A stretch of DNA of 22,881 bases, the filler included, from Methanobacteriota archaeon (GTDB lineage Archaea; JACRDV01), in NCBI GenBank assembly GCA_024860865.1. It is 2 parts of 2 records of this genome, joined end to end, with 100 filler letters (N's around TTAATTAATTAA, not from the genome) between each part and the next. Parts side by side here need not be neighbours in the genome. Positions count along the whole stretch, not along the records: positions 1 to 6,456 come from JACRDV010000011.1; positions 6,557 to 22,881 come from JACRDV010000055.1. One strand, 5' to 3'. Positions within the stretch are counted from its first letter, which is position 1, and the number at the start of each line of letters is the position of its first letter. A program made the position numbers and the translations under genes. Below the pieces are notes generated by a model. That model had not been told where the DNA came from. It was given only the letters and a program-made list of their open reading frames with translations, and made no database searches. Shown piece by piece: positions 1-7,780 of this stretch.

Positions 1-578
1 GAGAGCACGTTATCTCTTATATGTCTGTTCAAATTTCTTTTAGAACAATTTTCAACGAAGAGTTTGAGATCTATCTCTTTTCCCCTATCGATTAAGAGTG
101 CAATTATATCTACTATATCCTTATCCCTTCTTTTTGTCATGAGTTTTAGTATCAGCAATTCTTCTAGAGAAATTACATGTGCTTTGACTTTTGCTTTAGT
201 TTCTTTAAAGAAGCCAGATATCTATAAAAGTTTTGATCTCTGGAGTGTTTCTTCGTCAACAGAATAAGCTGTCTTTGTTTAAATGTCAAAAATCCCACCC
301 GTACTGATATGAAGGTCGATAAAATCATTATTAAATTTTCTTTTTCCTGCCAATCCAAATTCAGTTTTCCCAACTTCATAACCAAGACTCTTCAGTAATG
401 CGATTAATTTCCCAATCTCTTTTTTTAAGATTACACAATCTATATCCTTTGTAGCTCTATAACCAGCAGTGTAGGCTTTGACGGCATACCCACCAATCAC
501 TATAAGTTTCAATCCATAGGTTTTCGATTCCCTCACTATTTTTTCAAGATCCTTTAAACTCGCTTCTTCTACTTTCAA
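1..578 (-). pseudogene. AbiEii/DUF6036-like nucleotidyltransferase (type IV TA toxin-like), interrupted by two in-frame stops; runs off the window edge
   Basis: The N-terminus has IVIGGYAV...RATKDID (DNA pol beta-superfamily NTase motif). Manual translation past TAA (279-281) and TAG (222-224) stays in frame and gives ...HVISLEELLILKLMTKRRDKDIVDIIALL..., the typical C-terminal motif of this family. TTG start at 578 follows the upstream TGA directly, with a GGTGA SD. Confidence 0.8.
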
Positions 579-1529
579 TCATCTCACCAAATCAAGTACA
601 ACTTTCTTAAAACTATCAGCTTGATAGCACCTAACATTCCATTTATCTTCCAGTTCTTTGTATGCTAGATTTCTGATTTCTCCAACTGTTGGTATTCCTT
701 TAATTATTTTTATATCCCTCGTTTTATTCTTCTCTATTTTGTCCAAAAGTTTTTTGCTAAACACCTGTTTTTTAGCCTCTTTATTTACACACTCTAGAAC
801 AAAACCCAAAGTGTTCATTATCCCATTATCTTTTGCAAGTTGTATCACTTTATCCCAATCAATTTTATTTTTTTGAACTATCGCTATAGCCGATGCTGAG
901 ACAATATCATCATCCTTGAGAGAATCAGTGAATGTATAGTGCGGTAGTTGATAGTGGTTTTTGCCTGTTTGATTTAAGCGCAGGTCCAGATCAGTGTGTA
1001 AATGAATAGTTTCAGTTCTTTCTTTTTGTTCATCGATGCTTACATCGTTGAGTATTATTGACGAACCGAAAAGTTTGAATAGTGTAATCCAGCCATCCAC
1101 ATCTTCTTTAGAAATTGAGATATGTTGAACTTCTACAGAACGATAGAAATTTGTCCAATACCCAATGGCAGTATCTTTAATGTAACAATAATTCCAACCA
1201 GCGGATTTGTTTGCTTCTTCTAGTAGGGTAGAGAATGTAAATGCCTTTTCTCTTTCATGGACTTTTTTATATATAGCTCGTGCATTGCTTACCTTTTCAG
1301 GGTTGAGAAGTATGTAAAGTCTCACTCTCTGGTCATACTCTGCCTTTCTATGAACAGCAAAGCCATTGTCCTCTATGATGTTTATCAATTTAGAACCATA
1401 CTTTATTTGTTCTGAACTGAATTTTTTCCCACCGAATATAACCTCAAGTGCATCCTCAAATCTAAATTCTTTGCCTTTGAACTTTAGCCACAGTTTATCA
1501 TATTCCGAGCGCCATTTTATATCGATCAT
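579..1529 (-). CDS. Putative AbiEi-like type IV antitoxin / wHTH transcription regulator (316 aa)
   Basis: N-terminal wHTH-like segment with a wing-like DQRVRLYIL. C-terminal IDWDKVIQLAK...LGFVLE...KWNV resembles AbiEi C-terminal domains. Abuts the NTase gene and has an inverted repeat in its promoter. Confidence 0.6.
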   Translation of the reverse strand: MIDIKWRSEYDKLWLKFKGKEFRFEDALEVIFGGKKFSSEQIKYGSKLINIIEDNGFAVHRKAEYDQRVRLYILLNPEKVSNARAIYKKVHEREKAFTFSTLLEEANKSAGWNYCYIKDTAIGYWTNFYRSVEVQHISISKEDVDGWITLFKLFGSSIILNDVSIDEQKERTETIHLHTDLDLRLNQTGKNHYQLPHYTFTDSLKDDDIVSASAIAIVQKNKIDWDKVIQLAKDNGIMNTLGFVLECVNKEAKKQVFSKKLLDKIEKNKTRDIKIIKGIPTVGEIRNLAYKELEDKWNVRCYQADSFKKVVLDLVR

Positions 1530-1543
1530 ATTAATCGCCTATT

Positions 1544-1595
1544 TTAGTAGATTAATTTTAATTACTCTACTAATTTGGTAGAATAAGTATTAAAA
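1544..1595 (-). promoter_or_regulatory. Promoter (TATA-like TTTTAATA at 1588-1595, minus strand) with inverted-repeat operator for the AbiE-like operon
   Basis: TTAGTAGATTAATT (1544-1557) and AATTACTCTACTAA (1560-1573) are 13/14 complementary. A third half-site TTGGTAGA lies at 1575-1582. All lie between the TATA box and the start codon at 1529. Confidence 0.55.
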
Positions 1596-1603
1596 GCTAT
1601 CTG

Positions 1604-1978
1604 TTCGGGGCTAAAACAACTTCGAAGAATTACGTAATCAGGCTGTTCTACTTCTTGTACTCAACCCTCCTTTACAATCTGTGGATAATTATAGATAGTT
1701 TAATTAGTCTTCACTTATTCGGTGAATTGAAAAATGAGCATTTTTACGTCAAAAATATTCGGTACTGTGCTGTATACTCTTTCTTATGTCACATGACAAT
1801 AGTTTTCTGCGGTTTTAGAAAGATTTTGGTTAGAGGTAAGAATAGAATTTTAATGGATTTAATGTAATTTTCTGAAATTTTAGTTCATTTTTTCTAATTT
1901 TAAGAATGATTTCATAAACTTTTAGAAGATTTTTCGGTTGTTTTTTACACAAAATATTCAAGTTAAATTCTACATTCG
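1604..1978 (+). mobile_element. Remnant of an ISH3-family insertion sequence: transposase C-terminal fragment plus presumed right end
   Basis: 1604-1741 translates FGAKTTSKNYVIRLFYFLYSTLLYNLWIIIDSLISL..., matching the ISH3 C-terminal signature (KTTSKN..RLFYF....LYNLW). After a frameshift in the T-run at 1741-1745 it reads TSKIFGTVLYTLSYVT* (stop 1794-1796). The right boundary is inferred from where vapC similarity ends. Confidence 0.7.
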
Positions 1979-2126
1979 GATCTACTGTAGATAAATTAAG
2001 ACTTTTATACCAAAGAAGCGTTTCTATATAAACAACTATAGAAATACGAATATCAAATTCTTTCAGGCGTAACCATTCTAAGAATTTTCTATTTTTAAAA
2101 ATTGAGCTATCTAAACATAATTTCAA
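1979..2126 (-). pseudogene. vapC: Truncated PIN-domain (VapC-like) toxin, N-terminal ~49 aa only
   Basis: MKLCLDSSIF...ISIVVYIETLLWY supplies the first two PIN acidic residues. The rest of ORF 1830-2126 is AT-rich read-through that lacks the later D residues. It overlaps the stop of the upstream RHH gene. Confidence 0.65.
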
Positions 2127-2416
2127 AATTCAGTTCCCCAACTTGTTGCAATAACTGTTTCAATTGGTACAGTCGAACTTTCAATAATCTTTGATATTTT
2201 AGCCCATTTTGGGTCAGATGCTCTGATTTTTGCTGAAGCTTCGTTTAATATTTTATCAACCTTTGAAGGATACTTTAACTTTCTTTCCTGCAAGGCTTGT
2301 TTTTCAAAGAGCTCAATAGCTTTCTTTATAACTTCTCCCTGGGTTGTATCAAGCATTGCAGCTAATTTTTTAAGTTTTTTCCGCATTTCGTTATTTACTG
2401 TTACTGTAGTAACCAA
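2123..2416 (-). CDS. vapB: Ribbon-helix-helix (CopG-like) VapB-type antitoxin
   Basis: MVTTVTVNNEMRKKLKKLAAMLDTTQGEVIKKAIELF has the RHH beta-alpha-alpha pattern. GGTG SD before the TTG start. 4-nt overlap with the PIN gene. Confidence 0.7.
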   Translation of the reverse strand: MVTTVTVNNEMRKKLKKLAAMLDTTQGEVIKKAIELFEKQALQERKLKYPSKVDKILNEASAKIRASDPKWAKISKIIESSTVPIETVIATSWGTEF

Positions 2417-2773
2417 AATTAAACACCATTTTAAGATTTAAGATTAATTTTTAAATATTTAAATGTTTACATTAAATTTATTTTTTACTAAAATTTAGTT
2501 TTTTTATGCTTCTTAATTTTTGTTAAAGCAACAACCTTTGCTTTTATTGTTTTTTAACTTCCATGGGATTTAATCTAATCACAATTTATCCAACAATTTC
2601 CGAACAAAAGCAATGGAGAGGGTGACCGAAAGTATTCAATTCATCTCTCAGCTGAAGCAAAGAATATTCTTGCCAAATTATTTATAAAAAATAGTGAAAA
2701 AAATATTGCCTCAGCTATTATTGAATTACAATAGAAATGCCGAAAAAACTTAAATCTGATAATTGCTCCAAAA

Positions 2774-3913
2774 TTAAGCAAACATATTTTTAGGGGGTTT
2801 ATTTTGTGGAGTATTCTCAAGTAAACTCAAGGCATGAGTAAGATGCTCGTCATTGACCTCTTGTGATCCCTCAATAATTGCTTTATGAAGCGCATTCTTG
2901 AGCAATCGCTCTTTAATGTCTCTTCCTGACATTCCATCGGTAGCTTCTAGATATCGCCTCAAACTCGCTTTAACTGGCAATGGTAAAGTTTTAGAATAAT
3001 ACTCCATCATATCAAGTCTCTCCTTGCGACTAGGTAATGGAAAATCAATTTCTTCTTCGAATCTATTGCGAATTGCATGATCAAGCATAGTTGGGTTATT
3101 CGTAGCTCCAATAGTTACTACGCCTTTGTTTTCAGCTAATCCATCCATTTCAGTGAGCAGCGCATTAACAACTTCCGCAACATCTCCCCTAAGATTTTGA
3201 TAGTAACGATCTAATGCAATCGCATCTAATTCATCTATAAACACGACTGCAGGTGCATTTTCAGCTGCAGCACTAAAAACTTCATGAATTCTTTTAGCCC
3301 CCTCTCCAACATGTTCCCCAATTAAATCAGTGGCTCGAATCAAATAAAGTGGGACATTAGTTGTGTTTGCTAAAGCTTTTGCAGTCATAGTTTTTCCAGT
3401 TCCAGGTTGACCATAGAATAAAATGTTTCTAGGAGCCCATTCACCAAAAACTTCAGGATTCTCTAAATACTTCATTATAATCCTGCATTTTCTCTTTACA
3501 TGGTCAAGTCCAATTATATCGTTAAAAGTTACATTGCTCTTTATCTCAACTGTCCATTTTGGTTTTCGTTTAACTCCAATTAGTCTAATCGATGTTGAAC
3601 TAGTTATGCGAACTGGCCTTTCTGAAGGATGAACTTCTATGACTTCAAAGGCAAAATCAGGAAAAATCCGTTGGTCAAATAAATAATCTCCTTTTTTAAC
3701 AACTTGCCCCAACCATTGCTCTTTAGCATAGTGCTCAAAAAGTGGAATATCATCGGTTATAAGTTGATGTGTCTCATGGCAAGTGCATCTAATGGGGTAT
3801 CCAACTGGTTTTAACCAAATACAACGTGCTAATTTCGAGCCGGTTCCATAGTGAATGGTCTCTTCGCTTGAGGTGCGGTTTTTATTAACATTAGAATCGA
3901 CATAAATTCGCAG
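2774..3913 (-). CDS. Archaeal AAA+ ATPase (COG1223-type), ~379 aa if initiated at CTG 3913
   Basis: Walker A GQPGTGKT, Walker B FIDELD and SRH ATNNP..LD.AIRNRFEEE. The frame stays open upstream of the ORF-track start at 3712 and encodes the family-typical LKPVGYP...FEHYAKEQWLG. The start position is inferred. Confidence 0.85.
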   Translation of the reverse strand: MRIYVDSNVNKNRTSSEETIHYGTGSKLARCIWLKPVGYPIRCTCHETHQLITDDIPLFEHYAKEQWLGQVVKKGDYLFDQRIFPDFAFEVIEVHPSERPVRITSSTSIRLIGVKRKPKWTVEIKSNVTFNDIIGLDHVKRKCRIIMKYLENPEVFGEWAPRNILFYGQPGTGKTMTAKALANTTNVPLYLIRATDLIGEHVGEGAKRIHEVFSAAAENAPAVVFIDELDAIALDRYYQNLRGDVAEVVNALLTEMDGLAENKGVVTIGATNNPTMLDHAIRNRFEEEIDFPLPSRKERLDMMEYYSKTLPLPVKASLRRYLEATDGMSGRDIKERLLKNALHKAIIEGSQEVNDEHLTHALSLLENTPQNKPPKNMFA

Positions 3914-4035
3914 TTCTCTGCCCCCATATTGTTTTTATTTAAGATAAACTAATTTCTAATACGTCCTAAATAGCTTTAAACTTTACCATTATTTTTAATA
4001 GAAAGATTTTTAAAATTTTTTAAGTGAGTAAGAGT

Positions 4036-4602
4036 ATGGATAAAATTAGAGCTTTTATAGCCATAGATATTCCAAAAGATTTGATTAATAAAATCGCAAA
4101 CATTCAAAACAGTTTAAAGAAAATTGATGCTAATATCAAATATGTTGAACCAGAAAACATCCATATTACGCTTAAATTTCTTGGTGAAGTCCTTGAAAAT
4201 AAACTGGCTAATGTGAGTTTGGTTACAAAAGAAACAACAGTTGGGGTTAAACCATTTGAAATAGAGATAAATGGGGTTGGGGTTTTTCCAAGTTTTAATT
4301 ATATCCGAGTAATTTGGGTCGGCATTACAAAAGGCGCAGATTTTTTAAGCAATCTCCAAACAGAACTTGAAAAAAGACTAGTTCCACTTGGATTTGAACC
4401 TGAAGAAAGGGGTTTTTCGCCACACATAACAATTGGTCGAGTTAAAACAATTAAAGCAAAAGCACAACTTCAGTCTAAAATTAATGAATTACAGAATATA
4501 AACATTGGAACAATGCAAGTCGATTGTCTTAAGCTCAAGAAAAGTCAATTGACACCTAAGGGACCGATCTATACCGATTTAGTTGAAGTGAAATTTCAAT
4601 GA
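4036..4602 (+). CDS. thpR: RNA 2',3'-cyclic phosphodiesterase (2H phosphoesterase, LigT/ThpR)
   Basis: RAFIAID N-terminus and two HxT motifs (HITLKFLG, PHITIGRV). ATG 4036 is preferred over GTG 4024 because a TTTTAAAA TATA-like box lies about 25 nt upstream. Confidence 0.93.
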   Translation: MDKIRAFIAIDIPKDLINKIANIQNSLKKIDANIKYVEPENIHITLKFLGEVLENKLANVSLVTKETTVGVKPFEIEINGVGVFPSFNYIRVIWVGITKGADFLSNLQTELEKRLVPLGFEPEERGFSPHITIGRVKTIKAKAQLQSKINELQNINIGTMQVDCLKLKKSQLTPKGPIYTDLVEVKFQ

Positions 4603-6008
4603 TTGATCAAATTTGCCAAACTGTTTTAGAGAAAATTAAACCTACAAGAGAAGAAGCAGATAGAGTAAATAAACTTGCTCAAAAGCTTGTTTTGCATATT
4701 AATGAGGAAGCAAAAAAAGCTGGGGTTAAAGCCGAAGCGATGGTTACAGGTTCAATTGTTAGAAACACATGGTTAAGCGGAGATAAAGATCTTGATATCT
4801 TTATATTGCTTCCAAATAATCTGACGCGAGCTGAGTTTGAAAAGATTGGTCTTGATATTGCAAAAAAAGTAGCGGGCAAGAATTGGCGCGAAGCATATGC
4901 TGAGCACCCGTATATCCTCGCTGATATAGAGGGTTATGAAGTTGACTTAGTTCCATGTTATAAAATTTCTGACCCTAGTAAAATCAAATCAGCAGTAGAC
5001 AGGACACCATTCCATCTTCAATTTGTAAAAGAAAAACTGACTCCGGAACTTGCAGATGAGGTCAGATTGTTCAAGCAATTTTGTAAAGGCGTTCAAATTT
5101 ATGGAAGCGAACTTAAAACTCAAGGAATTTCAGGATATTTAGCTGAGCTTTTAATAATTTATTATGCATCATTTCTTAACCTGCTAAATGCAGCTGCTGA
5201 ATGGAAGCAGGGATTAGTTATAGATTTAGTTAAACATTATCCAGTTTTAGATCAAGCAAGGATTCCCTTTGAAAATCAACCATTAATTGTCGTTGACCCG
5301 GTTGACCCAAAAAGAAATGTTGCAGCAGCGCTTTCATATAATAACTTCTTAAAACTAATTTTTGCAGCAAAATCTTTTCTTGTTAATCCATCCGAGAAAT
5401 TTTTCTTCCCAAACGAGATCAAACCATTTTCAAAAGAACAATTGCTAAAAGAGCTTGAAAATAGAGGTACTGAGTTTTTATTTTTGGTCTTTAGCCCGCC
5501 AGATGTGGTTCCGGACATACTTTGGCCACAGCTTTATAAAAGCTTAAAATCTTTTGAGACGCAACTGTCTAAATCCAATTTTCTTTTGCACAGAAAAAGT
5601 GTTTGGTCAGATGAAAAAGAACTTGCAATAATGGTCTTTGAATTCGAAAAAGCAGAACTTCCAAAGGTTTACAGGCACATTGGGCCACCTGTTCTCGCTA
5701 AAAAAAATGAAGTGGATAATTTCTTAAAGAAGTATTCTACGCAAAAGATAGCAGGTCCATGGGTCGAAAATGGAAGATTTGTAGTTGAACTTGAGCGAAG
5801 ATTTTCTACGGCCGAGGATTTTTTAAAAAATATTTTAAAAGAAAAAACAGTTAAAAAACTCGGCCTAGGAAGGCACATTGTTGCGAGCTTACTCAAAGAG
5901 TATAAGTTGCTAAGAAATAAAGAAATAGTTGAAATTTATAACAAAAATTTTGAGTTCGCAAAGTTCCTAACTGATTATCTAAGTATGAAATTTCCCTGGA
6001 AATATTAA
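4599..6008 (+). CDS. cca: CCA-adding tRNA nucleotidyltransferase (archaeal class I)
   Basis: GSIVRNTWLSGDKDLDIF, YAEHPY, VDLVPCY, SAVDRTPFH and DPVDPKRNVAAALS. ATGA overlap with thpR. Confidence 0.97.
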   Translation: MIDQICQTVLEKIKPTREEADRVNKLAQKLVLHINEEAKKAGVKAEAMVTGSIVRNTWLSGDKDLDIFILLPNNLTRAEFEKIGLDIAKKVAGKNWREAYAEHPYILADIEGYEVDLVPCYKISDPSKIKSAVDRTPFHLQFVKEKLTPELADEVRLFKQFCKGVQIYGSELKTQGISGYLAELLIIYYASFLNLLNAAAEWKQGLVIDLVKHYPVLDQARIPFENQPLIVVDPVDPKRNVAAALSYNNFLKLIFAAKSFLVNPSEKFFFPNEIKPFSKEQLLKELENRGTEFLFLVFSPPDVVPDILWPQLYKSLKSFETQLSKSNFLLHRKSVWSDEKELAIMVFEFEKAELPKVYRHIGPPVLAKKNEVDNFLKKYSTQKIAGPWVENGRFVVELERRFSTAEDFLKNILKEKTVKKLGLGRHIVASLLKEYKLLRNKEIVEIYNKNFEFAKFLTDYLSMKFPWKY

Positions 6009-6095
6009 AGTGAACTAATAATTAATTATGTCCCAAAAGTCGTAACTATAGTTGCGATATTATATTGTCTATTGTTTTAAAATTTTTGAAGCAAT

Positions 6096-6456
6096 TTATT
6101 GTTTTTGAGAGATTTTACCAAGTTGGTTCAAAACTTTCTCACGAATTTCTTGAGCACTAGGTAACTTTCTAACTAATTTTCCATTTACTATCAACGGTTG
6201 TAACATTGGATTTAGTTTACCTTTGCACTTTTTGCACTTGCTCGGCTTTTCATTGAACTTCACAACAATATCAGCAAGGCAATTCCAGCACCGATAAACT
6301 TGTTTTTTTCCAGAAAGTTTTCCTCTTTTAGCAGCGGGCTTGCCATTCACTTGAACTATATCCAATGCAAAATCAACAGGTGGAGCCCCGCTTATATATG
6401 TTCCAACTCCAAAAGCATCAGCACCAGCAGCAATGAGCTCTTTTATTTGGTGCTCA
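6096..6456 (-). CDS. Nicotinate phosphoribosyltransferase, C-terminal part (5' end lost at contig end)
   Basis: The frame extends to the gap: EHQIKELIAAGADAFGVGTYISGAPPVDFALDIVQVNGKPAAKRGKLSGKKQVYRC, the archaeal NAPRTase C-terminal motif. Confidence 0.85.
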
Positions 6457-6556
6457 NNNNNNNNNNNNNNNNNNNNNNNNNNNNNNNNNNNNNNNNNNNN
6501 TTAATTAATTAANNNNNNNNNNNNNNNNNNNNNNNNNNNNNNNNNNNNNNNNNNNN
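6457..6556. other. Artificial contig-joining spacer
   Basis: 44 N + TTAATTAATTAA (6501-6512, stops in all six frames) + 44 N. Genes on both sides are cut off. Confidence 0.97.
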
Positions 6557-7778
6557 GAAGTTAATACTTATAATCGGAGATGGTATGTCCGACCGACCTG
6601 CCAAGGAGCTTGGCGGAAAAACACCCCTTCAAGTAGCTAATATACCAAATATGAATGAAGTTGCTCGCAAAGGGATTTGTGGTTTAATTGATCCAATTGC
6701 CCCTGGAATTCGCCCCGGCTCAGATGTTGCTCATTTGGCCTTGCTTGGCTATGATCCTTTTAAGCTATACACGGGCAGGGGCCCATTCGAAGCAGCTGGA
6801 GTCGGAATCAATGTTTTACCAGGGGATATAGCTTTTAGATGTAATTTTGCAACAGTTAATGAAGACTTAATTGTGATTGATAGAAGAGCAGGTCGCATTA
6901 GAGAAACTCAAGAGCTTGCTGAGGCATTAAATGAAATTGAAATTGAAAGCGCAAATGTTAGAATTGCTTTTAGAGCATCAACTAGCCATAGAGCTGCATT
7001 GTTATTGAAAGGAAACTTATCTGACAAAGTTTCAGATTCTGATCCAGGAGTGACCAACCAACCAATAAAAAAAGTCATTCCACTTGAAAAATCTAGAAAA
7101 GCAAAAAATACGGCTGAAGTTTTAAATGAGTTCACAAAAAAAGCTCATGAAATTCTAAAGACGCATCCTGTCAATCTGGCTAGAGTGCAACAAGGGTTAC
7201 CGCCTGCTAATGCTATTTTAGCAAGAGGAGCTGGAGTTGTTCCTCATCTCTTACCCATAACTCAAACATATAGAATATCTGCTGCTTGTATAGCTGCTAC
7301 AGGGTTGGTTAAAGGAATTTGCAAAATGGCCGGCATGAAGATAATTCAAGCCCCTGGTATGACTGGCGGAATTGATACCGATACTATATCTAAAGGTAAA
7401 GCTGCTTTAGGAGCAATAAAAGAAGATGACTTTGTTTTATTACACGTTAAAGGACCGGATGAAGCTAGCCATGATGGGGATGCCGGAGGAAAAATAAAAA
7501 TTATCGAGAGAATTGACCAAATGCTCGGGTTAATTTTAAATGAATTCAAAGATGGTTACACTGGAATAGTTTCAGATCATACAACTCCTCTGAGCGTGCG
7601 CAACCATACTGGAGATCCCGTTCCTCTTGCAATTTGCGGCGAAGGGATAAGAGTCGATCATGTGCATGAATTCAACGAAGTTTCTGTTGCAAAAGGTGGA
7701 TTACTTAGAATGCGCGGAATTTATTTGCTTCCAACTCTAATGGATCTATTAAGCAAAGCCAAAAAAATCGGTGCATAA
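6557..7778 (+). CDS. apgM: 2,3-bisphosphoglycerate-independent phosphoglycerate mutase (archaeal type); start codon clipped by the gap
   Basis: In-frame [14 protein letters not shown] upstream of the ORF-track start, then [41 protein letters not shown] and HTGDPVP. Confidence 0.95.
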
Positions 7779-7780
7779 AA

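Noticed and set aside
222-281. Stop-codon reassignment or pyrrolysine read-through to explain the in-frame TAA/TAG in the NTase
   Set aside because: Two different stop types occur in one gene. TAA, TAG (CBS, pcc1) and TGA all terminate conserved genes normally elsewhere in the window.
173-385. Alternative-frame 70-aa ORF as a frameshifted continuation of the NTase
   Set aside because: The family motifs continue in the original frame. This ORF has no recognisable motif.
2562-2734. Short open stretch on + strand (...GEGDRKYSIHLSAEAKNILAKLF...IIELQ*)
   Set aside because: No in-frame start and no recognisable family. It may be a gene remnant but cannot be supported.
4036-6008. thpR-cca coupling as a novel tRNA-repair system countering the nearby toxins
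   Set aside because: The thpR-cca adjacency is a widespread known archaeal arrangement, and nothing in the sequence links it to the decayed TA island.
6200-6295. CWNC...CKKC zinc-ribbon in the NAPRTase C-terminus
   Set aside because: A common feature of many archaeal NAPRTases.
6501-6512. TTAATTAATTAA palindrome
   Set aside because: Synthetic six-frame stop linker inside the N gap, not biological.
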